A stretch of 64,000 nt of DNA, taken from Macrostomum lignano (taxonomy: Eukaryota). Below, one piece after another: positions 24,188-36,740 of the stretch. Location of the stretch: positions 44,240-108,239 of the forward strand of contig NIVC01002127.1 in the NCBI GenBank assembly GCA_002269645.1, read 5' to 3'. The translations under genes were made by a program, and so were the position numbers. The first letter of the stretch is position 1; each line of letters opens with the position of its first letter. The notes under the pieces are model-generated. The model did no database searches, was not told the origin of the DNA, and saw nothing but the letters and a program-made list of their open reading frames with translations.

Positions 24188-24740
24188 ACTAGATCTATAT
24201 CTATCTGCTTCTGCGTCCATCTACACTAGATCTATCTGCTTCTAGGTCCATCTACACTAGATCTATCTGCTTCTGGGTCCATCTACACTAGATCTGGCTG
24301 CTTCTGGGTCCATCTACACTAGATCTATCTGCTTCTGGGTCCATCTATACTAGATTTATCTGCTTCTGTGTCCATCTAGATAGATCTATCTGCTTCTGGG
24401 TCCATCTACACTAGATCTATCTACTTCTGAGTCCATCTATACTAGATCTGCCTGATTCTGGGTCCATCTACTACTATCTGATCTGGCTCTGCTTCTGGTC
24501 CATCTACACTAGATCTAGATCTATCTGCTTCTGGGTCTCTATCTATACTAGATCTATCTGCATATAGATCTAGCATCTATACTAGATCTATCTGCATCTA
24601 TACTATCTATACTAGATCTATCTGCCGGTGTCCATCTATACTAGATCTATCTGCCGGTGTCCATCTATACTAGATCTATCTGCCGGTGTCCATCTATACT
24701 AGATCTATCTGCCGGTGTCCATCTATACTAGATTTATCCA
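24188..24740. repeat. ~29-bp minisatellite containing the TAGATCTA palindrome
   Basis: Unit CTAGATCTATCTGCTTCTGGGTCCATCTA[C/T]A. Confidence 0.92.
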
Positions 24741-26272
24741 CCTCTCTGTCCGTGTCATTAACTGAATACGGGCCGGCCATATCGGTATAGCAAAGAAACA
24801 CAAGCCTGCTCAAGCACTCTTCTTCACTGTGCGCTCATTAATTCTTAACATCGTGACAGCAGCTTTGTAAGTTGATCAGAAACTTCGGAATCATTTTTCT
24901 AACCCTTCAGTTCACCCCGGTGATTTTTTGCCACGTTAGAACGTGCCAAGAACGCAAAGTTGTCAACTTGCTGACAGAATTTCAAGCACACAAAGTATGA
25001 TGTAGAAAGCTCACCTATAGCGAATAGTATTTTACAGAAATTTACCAGTGGCCTTTTTGCCCTGTGTGCGCGTGTGTGTGAATGCGATAAACTAAGAGTA
25101 GTAGTCTGAACGATTTTGGCTGTAGTAAACTGATGACTGTAGTTTATGATCTTTAGAATGATTTGTTAGTTAGCGACATGTATAGAAAAATCATAATTAT
25201 CAACTTCGTGTCTTCATGACTCATCTTTAAGGTAGGTCTATTCTTCCACTCTGATGTGCGTAAAACTATTTGGAACACCAAAAGGTTAAACTCACTTGGA
25301 ATCTTCCAAAACATTTTGGAACCTCTGGGTTGGCATTAAATTTAAGCTTTTTTAAGCAACCTGTATGCGCGTAATTTAAAAGTTAACGAAAGGTTGTTTA
25401 ACTGCGCATTTTTGTTTATTTTTGCTTCACAAATCAGAGGATACCACAGGTTAGTACGCAGGAACGGATACTGAACAGACGGATAGGAACACGCAATTAT
25501 TGTATTTTCTTAGAAATAAGAAACAATGTTTAAATATAACATTTTTAACGAGAGATATATGCAAGTATCTACTGTGATCACATTGTACATGCATATTAAA
25601 CTCAAATAAACCAAACTAAACACTAAAGTATGTTGAAACTTAAGAGCTTCTCAAAAAAGTCTAGTTTGAACAATTTACAACAATATGGACAAACATTGTA
25701 AGAAAAGTTCATCAATATTTTTAACAAATAATATTTATCAGTACAACAAATATAGAATAGTCGAGAGACAATCAAAAAGTAACTAAAAAATTCTGTCACA
25801 GAATTCAAGCAGTTTGTTAGTTTTTAACATCCAAGCGTCTTCTTAAATGTGCTTTTTCGAACGAACAAATTTGTTCGGATAAACAAATTTTAAAACGACA
25901 GGTTGTTAATAGTATGGGTCCAGACTCTCTCAGAAGTAGGACACAAATATTCTCGAAAGCCAGTTACTGTAACGGTACCAAATGTAATGGAAAAGATAAA
26001 GTATACATCTTGGTCACGCACACCATGCACGCAGGCGACAATGGACATGCGCATCCCGCGAGGATCAAGCAGTCACGTTCATTCCGATAGCCCCTGAGCA
26101 ATGCACATGAATGCGTACAAAACAGACGTTGTTTGGAAAAAATAACAATCTTTCTATCATGACAGAGTGAGAACGGATCAAAATAGAAAAACTATTGGTG
26201 TCAAATCTTGAGAAAATTGTCTTCCAAATAGTACGTATCAAACACATGCTACACTACATTCTACATTCGAAT

Positions 26273-27460
26273 TTACTTTTCCAAGCTCTCCCGAGGCCTC
26301 CTGTCCGTATTCTGGTCTGCCGAGCCCCCCATCGGAGCTGCAACCGATCCAGCCACCCGGTCGCCAGCTCCGCCAGTCGTCCTCGCCTGCGACCGCGACA
26401 GGAACATGTCCTCGCGGCCAGCTCGATTGCGACGTCGGAAAAATCGTTTCAAACCCTTTTTGAACGGCTTGTAGGTGCCGCCGTAAATAGCCGCGTTGAT
26501 GCTGGTGTGGCCCATGGCCAGCCAGGCCAGGCAAAACTCCACGCCTTCGCTGATGCTCGACTTTCGCAGTGCGATGGAGATTTTGTAGGCAAAAAACGGC
26601 AACCAACAGACTAGGAAGCCGAGAATAACGCAAGCATTGGTTATCCAGCCTCGAAGACTCGATCGCATGTTCGACCATTTGTTTTGAGCAGTCTGACCAC
26701 CGTTCAGAAGATTCTGTCCCTGTTCCGGGTTTTGATCTGGCAACGCTACCGGCTGCTGCGTGCCCAAACGCATTCGTCGGATATTGTTGACATGGCGTCG
26801 CGAGATGACAAAAATTGTCCCATAGCCAATCACCAGCATGAGCACCATGAACAGTATTAGACCGATTCGAACCCGAACAGGCTTAGGTCGACTTCGTTAC
26901 GGCCTCGACAAGATTTCGTGTTAAACATCAGAGTGTTGGCGGTGAACTCGTAGTAATAACCGCTGATGGGTACGAGACGCGTCGGTAAGAAGCTGAGAAA
27001 AGCCAGCACGGTCCAAACCGCCGACACGATGACTGTAACTTTGCGCTTCGACATCATTCTATCGTAACTGTAGGGCAGCTTAATCTGGTGCAGCTTGTCC
27101 AAACCGATTCCGATGGTAATCACTAGGGTGGCCGTCAGCATCAGGTAGTAGATCCACGAGCCAAAGTCCAGCTCGATCCGGCTGCCCGGTCCAAATCCGC
27201 TGACTGCGTAGCGAAATGCGAACAGTAAGAAGCACACGCCCGAGCCGAAGTCGCTGATTGCCAGGCTCAGCATGTAGATGCCCTGGTTAGTGCGAAGGGC
27301 CGGCGTATTGTAGAACACTAGCATGACGAGAAGGTTACTAGGCAGGGCTAGCACTGAAATGGTGAAGACTAGAGCTATTCTCCAGCCAGACGACTCAATC
27401 TCGGTAAGGCTTCCGCAGCCTGGACAGTTAATCCATTCAACTGTAGCATTTTTGATGCAG
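26273..27460 (-). pseudogene. Rhodopsin-class (class A) GPCR with one frameshift at ~26868 (pseudogene or assembly indel); start codon not located
   Basis: Seven hydrophobic segments with TM1 SN, TM2 LAISD, TM3 end DKL (DRY position), TM4 W, TM6 CWLPF and TM7 NAAIY (NPxxY position). Adding one base at TTCG^AATC joins ORF 27354-26857 to ORF 26848-26273. Candidate acceptor TTTCAG at 27461. Confidence 0.8.
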
Positions 27461-28350
27461 CTGAAATGTTTAGAATCCGGTTGTTACAGGAATTAGTTTA
27501 AGCAAAGTATTAGCGCCTAATTAAAGCACATATCTGCCCTGGAGCTTTATGAGATTCACGGGCAAACGGGAGATACATGGTATATATTCGCCTCGGTCAA
27601 TAAACGAGACACCTCGAGCCTTTGACCCTAGACAACACAATAAATGGGAAATATGGTATGTATCTCCTAATCTATGCTATGGTCTTAAGTTACGATTTAC
27701 CATAGACAGGTGCACTCAAAACCAATGGCTTTTTTGGCCACAGACGCAACAACAGATGGAATGCCAACTGTTTCAACCTCGCTTCCTTCAGACAAAAATC
27801 TTACTTATGCTATTCCTGAGACAGCAGTGGAGATGCATACAGAATTACAAAATTTCAAGTCTAAAAGGAAAGCATAATAAAAAATCTTTCTAAATAAGCT
27901 ACGCTGGTAACTGGAGCGTGATTTACAAAAGATAGACGAGCTTCTTAGCTGCACTAACAAGCTGCTAGTGAGCCATCTAACAACATGCATGATGCTTGGT
28001 GGCATGTAACAAGCAACTGGCCTCTTGAAAACGCGAAGAAAAACAAGCAAAGAAAGTGCAATCCTGCGATGCTATAATAGTATAAAAGTGATGTAGTTCT
28101 TGAAACAACGCCCTCAAAAGACGCTAATTGCGATTCTCTTTCACAAAAAAGATTTGCTTGGCATCTGCAACTGCGTTGTTTCCACATGTATTTATGTCAT
28201 TCAAGCTTTATTCTGCCTCCTCAGAGATGGCACCTTCCGCTGACAGGAAATTGCGCCGCAAATCACCGCCTTGTGTCAGTTAACAGGGCAGGAAAATGAG
28301 ATATACTCGAAGGTGTGAGAGAGTTGGAGAGAATATATGGGATATAAAAA

Positions 28351-28629
<279 letters not shown>

Positions 28630-30133
28630 GTTGAGAATATTCAAGGCGACTATCTAACCTTCCCAATTCACTATTGAAGCTCAAGTGAATTAGTTCAACG
28701 TTCTCAGGTAGTATATACCCAGTGACCGAAAGGTTGACCGCAAGTTCGGTCGAACTTGGATAAGCTCCCACTGCTTAAGTGAGTTAGCGATTGTTGACTA
28801 GAATTCGAGAAGAAGCCTCTTATAGATGCCCGCTCTGAAGAGAATTTGGCTAATGAGACTTGATTTTAAGTGGGCCTAAAGCACGCAGCATATCAATAAT
28901 GCATGATTTACTGATGCTAGTAAGCTAATAATTTGTTAGCTCCAGGTAGTAGACGCTATTATGGACAGCCTCATTCCGTCAGTCGGATTAGAGTTCAACC
29001 TGCATTAGCTATACCTGTGTGTATAGTAAATACATATTCATGATTCTCAATTTCTCTTAGCGGAAAAGCTAAAGAATGCTGAGAAGAGAGCTTTTTATTG
29101 AAGGTTACGGGAAAATTTACGACGCAAAATCGCAGCACAATGGCAAAAAATCCCTTGCGCAGAAGAGTGCCTTCTCTTTATAACTCTATTTGCGCAATGT
29201 TCAATGCTAATTTTTTGTTAAAATAGAAGCTTACTATAATTAAATATAGCAAAATATTTTAAATTAGCAAGTTTGTTATTGAATAAGAAACTGTACAAGG
29301 AGAGCCATAGCCTAGTGGTCCATGACGGCGCTCGATTCCAAGTGCAGTCACTGTTAATTTGGGGCTAAAATATCATCTCAGCTTGGCTCTGCTCGTGCAA
29401 TTAAAGGCCTTGAGGGCCAACCCCCAAGGCACAGTGAAGTGTACGTGCCTCGCTGTACACTCCTGTGTGAGTGTGTGCCTGTGCGTATGACTGCGTACGT
29501 ATCCTTGAGACTGTGTGCCTGCTCAGGGCAGTCGGCGGAATGGGCAGTAATGCCTCTCGCCGGTTGCGTGACAATGTCGCTTAAAGTGCGCCAGGGTGCA
29601 CACAGAATTCCCTTTCATTAATGCGACTGCACTGGGAATCGAGCCTGGGCCGCTGGCTCAGTATTTCTGAGCCCAACTTATTTTAAGAATAAGCAATGAA
29701 AACTGAAAAAAAGCATTTTATTAACGATATGAAAGTCAAATGTAGATTTTACCTGAAATTCATTTCAGTTGGAAGAGAATTTTTCAGAGGCAGTTGAAGT
29801 AGCGAATTTTTCTTTTCTGAATCGTTCAATAATTTTTTTTGTGCGGATTGGTACGAGTAGATTAGAGAAAAGTAGAGAAAACTGGAAGTGCTTTTTTATA
29901 GCGGGAATGCCTCATTTATTTCCTCAAACTGTGGGCAGCACCACCGATTCGATTGGCGGTATATATAGGCCAATGATCGGCAAGCCAAGAATTATGAATC
30001 TTCTGTGCTACTTCCAGAAGAAGCGTTGCCCTTTTCCACTGCATACAGATTTTAATTATTAATGTTTTGGTAACACTACTTACTAGTAGCACTTAAAGGG
30101 CAATTGTACAATATAAAAGGCTGGGGTTGTTGT

Positions 30134-30395
30134 GGGGTTGCAGCCTAGTGGTCAGAGCGTCGGACTCACGACTGAAAGGTCGAGGGGGGTTCGATTTCCG
30201 ATCCACTATGAAAAATTTGTGTCCTTGAGCAAGACACTTAACACTGCATTGCTTCAGTTCACTCAGCTGTTATATTGTATGCCCAGCATTAGCTGGGGTA
30301 ACTGAGGGTGTGTGTGGCGACCCCCAGCAGTCCTTGGACTGAACAGCCGTACGCAGCCTTCAGATGCGCCGCGCAATAGCTGCGGCTGAGCTGTC
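30134..30395 (+). mobile_element. tRNA-derived SINE, copy 1
   Basis: A box GCAGCCTAGTGG, B box GGTTCGATT, core GTGTCCTTGAGCAAGACAC; homologous to 57287 and 61500. Confidence 0.85.
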
Positions 30396-30397
30396 GG

Positions 30398-30497
30398 TAG
30401 CTGGGTGAGCTGAAGCAATGCAGAGTTTAGTGCCTTGCTCAAGGACACTAACTGTTCCGAGTTGGGTCGAGAATACGCCGCTCCTACTACTAGGCTA
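30398..30497 (-). mobile_element. Internally deleted second SINE copy, tail-to-tail with copy 1
   Basis: GCTGAAGCAATGCAG...CTTGCTCAAGGACAC is the reverse complement of the SINE core, followed by a degenerate head. Confidence 0.7.
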
Positions 30498-31259
30498 GTT
30501 GCGTTGTCTTGTTAGGCTGGATGCTATCAGTTCTTATTTAGCTGCCTTAGCTTGGCGCTTTGCTGCTCCGTCGTTGACTTAAGCTGGCAGGTACTCGTAG
30601 AATCTTCCGCGCAGAGTCGTTCTGCCCATGGCCGGTGCTCACCGTGCAGCTTCTTCTTGAAGTCTGCTTCTCTTCACAAATTGCTTGTAGTGATTCGAAG
30701 AATTTATCTACAAAAAGTCACAATTTATGTGATAAATTCATCAACTCAAACACTGATTCGGACTCAGTTGGAATTTTGGTCGCATAGAAATGCAAAACAC
30801 TCGTACTTAGCAAATATTGAATTAGGGCTCATACGGAATGAACAATTAAATCAATAAATCTATGCTTCCGTGTTTACTTTGCATGCGACCCGGCGGAATA
30901 ACGGGATAGGTTAATACGGATAGAAATACAAAGGGTATAGATGGCCTCTCTTCCTCACTCTTCCTGCAAGCACGCGATTGCCAAAATAATTGGCTATATT
31001 TTCATTGCTGGAATTATAGACTGCCTCACTGTGCCACAAATTCTACTAGGTAAATATAACATGAAAGCCCCAGTCATGAAACTGCTTAAGCAGGGATGAA
31101 GTGGTCGCTGCCACCACTGCACTTGCTTCGGCCTGTTTCTCTCCACCGATAGTTACCATAGCAACTAATAAAACAGCATATAACAGCTAGGGGAGAGAGA
31201 AATGTTTGGGGTAAAAAATAGAAGCAAGAGAGAAGTATACCAGAGAGATTTCTGCTCCC

Positions 31260-31266
31260 TATATAA
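31260..31266 (+). promoter_or_regulatory. Candidate TATA box of the DEG/ENaC gene
   Basis: TATATAA about 90 nt upstream of the ATG; positional inference only. Confidence 0.4.
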
Positions 31267-31350
31267 GCTGTTTAATCCCTGGCCCGATTAACTGACTAAC
31301 TATATCGTCCGAACTGACTCGCACAGATATCACTATCTTGCACTAAAGCC

Positions 31351-33218
31351 ATGACTGCGGACGCGTTGAATTCATCCAGACGGCCAAGAAGTTGCTGCGA
31401 CAAATCTTGGAGGTCGGCTAGGCGATCGGTACTAAGCCAGGCAGCCACTGAGTCCACTGCTCACGGTCTGTCTCGAACGGTAGGAGACAGGCACTGGGTC
31501 GTGCGAATGCTCTGGCTATTGGCATTCCTAGTTGTGGTGTCGGTACTATTGAAACTTCTAGTCGACGCTGTGAATCGCCTGGCTAGTCAACCGGTGAGCA
31601 CGGCTGTGTCACCAAATTTGGAAAAGTTCGCATTCCCCGATATTCATATTTGCTCCTATCCGATGATATCCGCAAGCTACTCCGCCACGATGTCAGAAGC
31701 TGAGCTAAATTACACCAACTGGAAGATTAATCGCATTATGAACGTACTACACCTGGCAAACATCACTGGAGAGGAGTTGGTTCGACTAGCCGCTCAAATC
31801 TTTGTTGGCAGCGTTCCATACAGCTTTCTCAGTCGGAACATGGGCATGCGGATGGAGCAGACGATTATTGGCGCAACTGTCATGCCAGTGACGCATAATC
31901 TAGTCCTTGACGTTGACATTATCAAACTGAGTCACTACAAATTTCTTAACTGTTTCACGATACGCCCAAAGACAAGCACTGCCCAGAGACTGCTTAGTTA
32001 CGTGGCCGGACACCTAGACATAACCTTGTTCGCCGACGCGACTTATAATAAAACCCTCAAGCTAGGGAACGATACGATCGATGTCAGAGGACTCGGCTTC
32101 ATCAACTATGAACTGCTGATTGGGTCCGGGTTCAGGATTTATTTTACCGAGCGAGGTCGCTATCCGGATGAGTACAGCACCTCCGTCGCGGTCAGTCCGG
32201 GTTTCCATCATCAGATCAGTCTCAGCATGAGGGTCAACTCCCTAGCCAAGGACAAGAAGCAGTGCGTCAGTGACAAACCGCTAGAAAGTATTTACGACGC
32301 TGAGACGGGAAAAGGGAACAAATATAACTACAGTCTTGGGAGTAAGTTCATTCTGTTAGGTTGTTTTTTTACTTTTTTATCAAATACCAAACGGAAGTTT
32401 ATTGTTAACCGTTAATTTACATTTTAGCTTGCTACGCGAAATCGTTGAGCAGAATGTTTCACGAACTGGGCTTGAACTGTTACATTGCTGGCTACAGTCC
32501 GATAATGTACAGCGACAGGAATGTAACTTGCTGTAACAACCTGACCAGCCTTCTCGATGCTTATTACTCGTCATCTATTCCGTTGAAAAGTGTTCTGCAA
32601 GCGATTCACTTCATCCAGAAGCTTTACAATGGCTCTGTTGTTCGAGAAATGGTCGACTCAGTAAGTAAGATGGAGTCCAACTGTCAGTTTAGCAGGCCTT
32701 GCGAAGAGCGAATTTATGAGCCGTCAGTGACATTCGTGTTGTTCCCACTGCGCCAGGGACTCCGGACAGAGCTGACAAACATATTTAAACAACTGACGGA
32801 AGACAGGCAGAAGACGTACTTTGTTCCAGGTAGAGAGTGGATGGTCAATCTGTTCAGCTCCGCGTACGGTCCAAGCAGCACCACCGAATCCGAAAAGGAG
32901 CTGGTGGACGCAGCGTCTGAGAACATCGTCCGCCTTCATATCCACGCTGGAGAGCTGAGCTCGACGCTACTCAAACAAGATATTTCTTACAATTTCGAAG
33001 ATTTAACGGCGGGTGTTGGGGGTCTGATGGGGCTGTTCATGGGCGGCAGTGTCCTGACTCTGCTGGAACTCATCGAACTCTTTGCATGCCTGATCCTGGG
33101 CCGACAACTGACTGCTAGAAATGCTGCCAACTCTGAAGGCGATTCGACTGTCACTGGTCATGCCGGCAATGCAGAGGTGCAGCTTGAAATCGGCTCTGAT
33201 CAAAACACTGTCTTCTGA
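31351..33218 (+). CDS. DEG/ENaC (amiloride-sensitive sodium channel/ASIC family) subunit; exons 31351-32341 and 32428-33218; 593 aa
   Basis: STAHG pre-TM1 motif, TM1, FPDIHIC post-TM1 motif, YNYSLG|TC across a phase-1 86-nt intron, and TM2 GGLMGLFMGGSVLTLLELIE with the GxS filter. Confidence 0.93.
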
Positions 33219-33560
33219 TGCCCTCTGATAAAAAATAAGAGTTTACTTAAATTCAATTTTCAGTATGTCATGATGTGTACCCATGAGTCATGAAAAATGT
33301 TTTATGATAATTTAAATGACCTAATACTTTTATCTCAGATACATTGTCAAGATTCGCGATAAAACTTCGTCAAAATTGCGCAAATTATTTTGCAAGATGC
33401 CCTGAAGATTAGATTGGCTCTAATATATCTACCTCGTATAAATTGGGATTTTCGAGACTACACGTACATACGTAAGAATGGTGCAATCATTAAAACAAAT
33501 TTATTTGTCGAAAGAACAATAAGTTGTGCCTTAAATTTGATTCAGATCAAGACAACATAG

Positions 33561-34468
33561 TGTAGTGAGTCGCTAGTTTATTGTTAGGCGTCGCCCTTTG
33601 TCAGCAGTCGCCCTTGCTCTCGCCCCACATTGGGTTGCTGTCTGCCGCTGGTCAGCTTCCCGCCCCTTTCCGCTTCTCTTTCCGCTTCCGCTTCCCTTTC
33701 CCTTTCCGCTTCCCTTTCCGCTTCCGCTTCCCTTTCCCTTTCCGCTTCCCGGGAAGTCACTTCCCGGGAAGTGAAGCGGCCGCTTCCCGCGATCTGCGTT
33801 CTTCGAGTCCTAAAGTTCAGTAAACATGTTTACTGCACCTGCTGGTCCCGTTTACCGGGAGAATCACGTGCTTTCGGACCCCTCCCTTCTCTAAGGAGAG
33901 GAGTGACTCATGTTGCTAAAAATAGCAACTGAGTCACAGCCGCGTGTACTCTGGCCGGAGACCTCAAGTGACGTCAGTCCAAAAATAGAACGAGTCGCGA
34001 GGTCTTTTGCATGGGTGAATCCTGGCTATAAATAGGACCCCTCTCCCCTTGTTTCTGTCAAGGAGTCTATGGTTTCTCGAGTTCTAAGTTTTTGAGCTCC
34101 CGAGTCTGAGTGTCAGCCCGTCTGTGTGCATTATAAGTTCTTTTCTATTGGTCTGTCTGAGACCCTACTAAAGCAAACCCCAAGCCTACGAGAGGCTAAC
34201 TCAGCCCTCCCATCCACCAACCAAGCCCGGCAGGTGCTGCTGACGAGACGCCTTTTACGTTGAGCTGCAAATCTGGACGTCGTGCTGTGTTCGTTGACTT
34301 CTTTATTTCGTTCCGACGGGAAGCTCACCTCACCGAAGGCCGAGACCTGAAGGAACTGGTGGCAGCACTACCTACGCTACTGAGAGCTAAGAGAACTTCC
34401 CACTGAAGAGGCTCGAGACTTAAGGCAATCCTAAGTGCCTAAACCGGGAAGCAACAGCGTTCTACTTC
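33561..34468 (+). mobile_element. Probable solo LTR, 908 bp
   Basis: TGTAGTGA...CTACTTCA termini (TG...CA), 4-bp TSD ATAG, internal CTATAAATA, TGACGTCA and TGACTCA/TGAGTCA motifs, and a CTTCCG/CTTCCC repeat block at 33660-33750. Confidence 0.6.
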
Positions 34469-35827
34469 AATAGCTCGTTGATGTAGCTAATGAAACACAA
34501 ACCGACGAATAGAAGACTTTGTTATATTGTTGAACTCTATAATTAATACATGTAATATCGGTCTACAATATATTGATTTCACTTATACTTCTACATGTAT
34601 GGCTAATTTTTTTCGCTGGATAGAAATTATGCTGACTAACCCGTGCGACGGCCGCGCCGACGTACAATGTAACCCTTGGTGTTTTACATTAGGCGATACT
34701 GTTGTTTTACATCGCAGCTGCCAGGAGATGCCTATAGACTCCATCGCATGGACAACGAATCGAATATTCGGCCACTGCTGTCATCGGCTGTTGAACATCT
34801 TTGCAACAATTATAACACGAGTTGTGGTGCGTTCGACTAAATTTGTCGCAATCCATGCCTTAATAGTGTTTGAATTGGTGAGCTGTTCGTCCGAATAATA
34901 ACCTCGCATGTGTTGTTTAATGTGACTGACTGCCGCAGTTTTTTTCTAATACAAACTCAATAATGCCTTCGCCAGTTGCAGATATGTAGAATAGATATCG
35001 ACAGGATTAGCCGTTGATTTTTAATTATCATTCTGCATGCATATACGGACATAGTAAAGTTTAGAAGGCTTACGAACTCACACAGCGTCAATCGCGTCAG
35101 ATATCTGAGTCGATCCAAAGTCCACCCGCCAGCGTTGTCTGGAGTGCCTGGAATCGCAATAACAGGCGCTCTGAGGTTATATATATCGACGACGGGTTCG
35201 CACCTGGCCCTACCGAAATCGGTGTGAGAAGCAGGACGTCTAGGATAGGCTGTGGCAGCAGTAGCTCTCCTTCAACTCGGATCCCGTAACCCGCGCCAGT
35301 ATTGATCTGAGAGAAGTCACCACCGGCGCCTCAAATGTATATACCTCGGAGACCTCAAATGAAAACATCTGAAACGTGAAGTTACGCTCGTAGATAAGCT
35401 TCTAGCTCGTACTAAATTTCTACAATACTTTGAATGGTTCGCACAGTATGCACATTTTATAGTGTAGAAAAGCTCACAAGCTAATCAGATATCAGATTGC
35501 AAAGCAAAAGTTGAACTAAAATGCATCAAATTTATAATTAAGCCTGGCTTATGGATATACGGATATGCGGATGTATAAAACAAGAGCTCTTCTACTTGGA
35601 AATAAGCCAAGTCAATTATTGCGCCTCGTTCAATATACAGGTATTGACTTTGTTGCATTTACAAGTAACTTACTAAAACTGTAAACTTGTGTTTTGAGGT
35701 AAGGTGTAAGCCAGCTATTAATACCATGCATCTACCTCAATTCACCTTGACTACACGCCCCGTGTAATATAATCATTGGTCAGAATAAAAATAGTGGGGA
35801 TCTTCGAACTTCGAACTTAAATCTTCC

Positions 35828-36174
35828 CACTGGGAAAAAGCTAGCGGCCCGAAAGCGGCATGGCGGTAACATAGCGGCACAAAAAAGAGTTGTTTTATGC
35901 AAAAATGTACTTTTTTCGCGTACTTTATGTATAAAGTGATTAATCGTTTCCATTTAAGTATGTTTTTTGAATATTGTAACTTGGTGGCATGGGAGCGGCA
36001 AGTATAACATTGCCGCGATATTGCCGACTTAATCATAATTATTACAGATAGTTCTATATAATAAATAAATAGCCGCTAGTGGGCCGCGGGTGGATCACGT
36101 GACACGCCGCCAGTCGGCCCGATATCGGCCCGCTGGCGGCTGCGACTAGCGGGCCGCTAGCTTTTTTCCCAGTG
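35828..36174. mobile_element. MITE with CACTGGGAAAAAGCTAGCGGCCC TIRs (EnSpm/CACTA-like terminus)
   Basis: About 23-bp inverted termini; no clear TSD. Confidence 0.6.
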
Positions 36175-36740
36175 TGTTTTACAGTTTTTAACAGTTTTAT
36201 GACATAAATGCAGGCAATTATAATGTACGTATCCATTTTAGCATTATCGATAAGCTAATATAAGTAAATTAAGCCAATAATCCGTCACCACCTACACTTC
36301 AGCGATACCGATGAAATCAGTATGTTTGAATCAAATGCCGCCATGCATGTCCATGATTTAAATTTTTATCAAATTGTTATCGTACACTAGCATTAACTTT
36401 TAACTCTACATTTATTTTAGTTTGAGCTCCATAAATAGAGCCACTTTCGACTTTAAATAGTCGTCACTGTTGGATAATTTTATCATAGAGCCTTTGTTTA
36501 AACATGTATAAAAAAGTTTTAAATTTAAAACTACCGAATTTGGCATTTTTCATTTGTAAATTAATTTTTTTGGATTTAATCATGATGATAGTAGGCTATG
36601 CCCTAAGCATAATAAGTAAGGCTGCTTATCAAGCCACGATCATAACGATAGCATGAAGATGACAATGACGTGATTGTTGATTTTTGTGTTTCGTTAGACG
36701 CCATTTTTTCGTGGTTTGTAAAAAATCTATTGTTTTTAGG

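Noticed and set aside
29300-29660. tRNA-like A box and B box plus an inverted 20-bp copy
   Set aside because: Boxes are only ~12 nt apart and no cloverleaf forms; at most a decayed SINE head.
34775-34790. In-frame TGA in the minus-strand relic as selenocysteine
   Set aside because: No recognisable SECIS or redox motif, and the neighbouring segment is also frameshifted.
34527-34898. Plus-strand ORF with kringle-like NPCDG...PWCFT
   Set aside because: Cys spacing does not fit a kringle and there are no supporting splice sites; the minus strand explains the region better.
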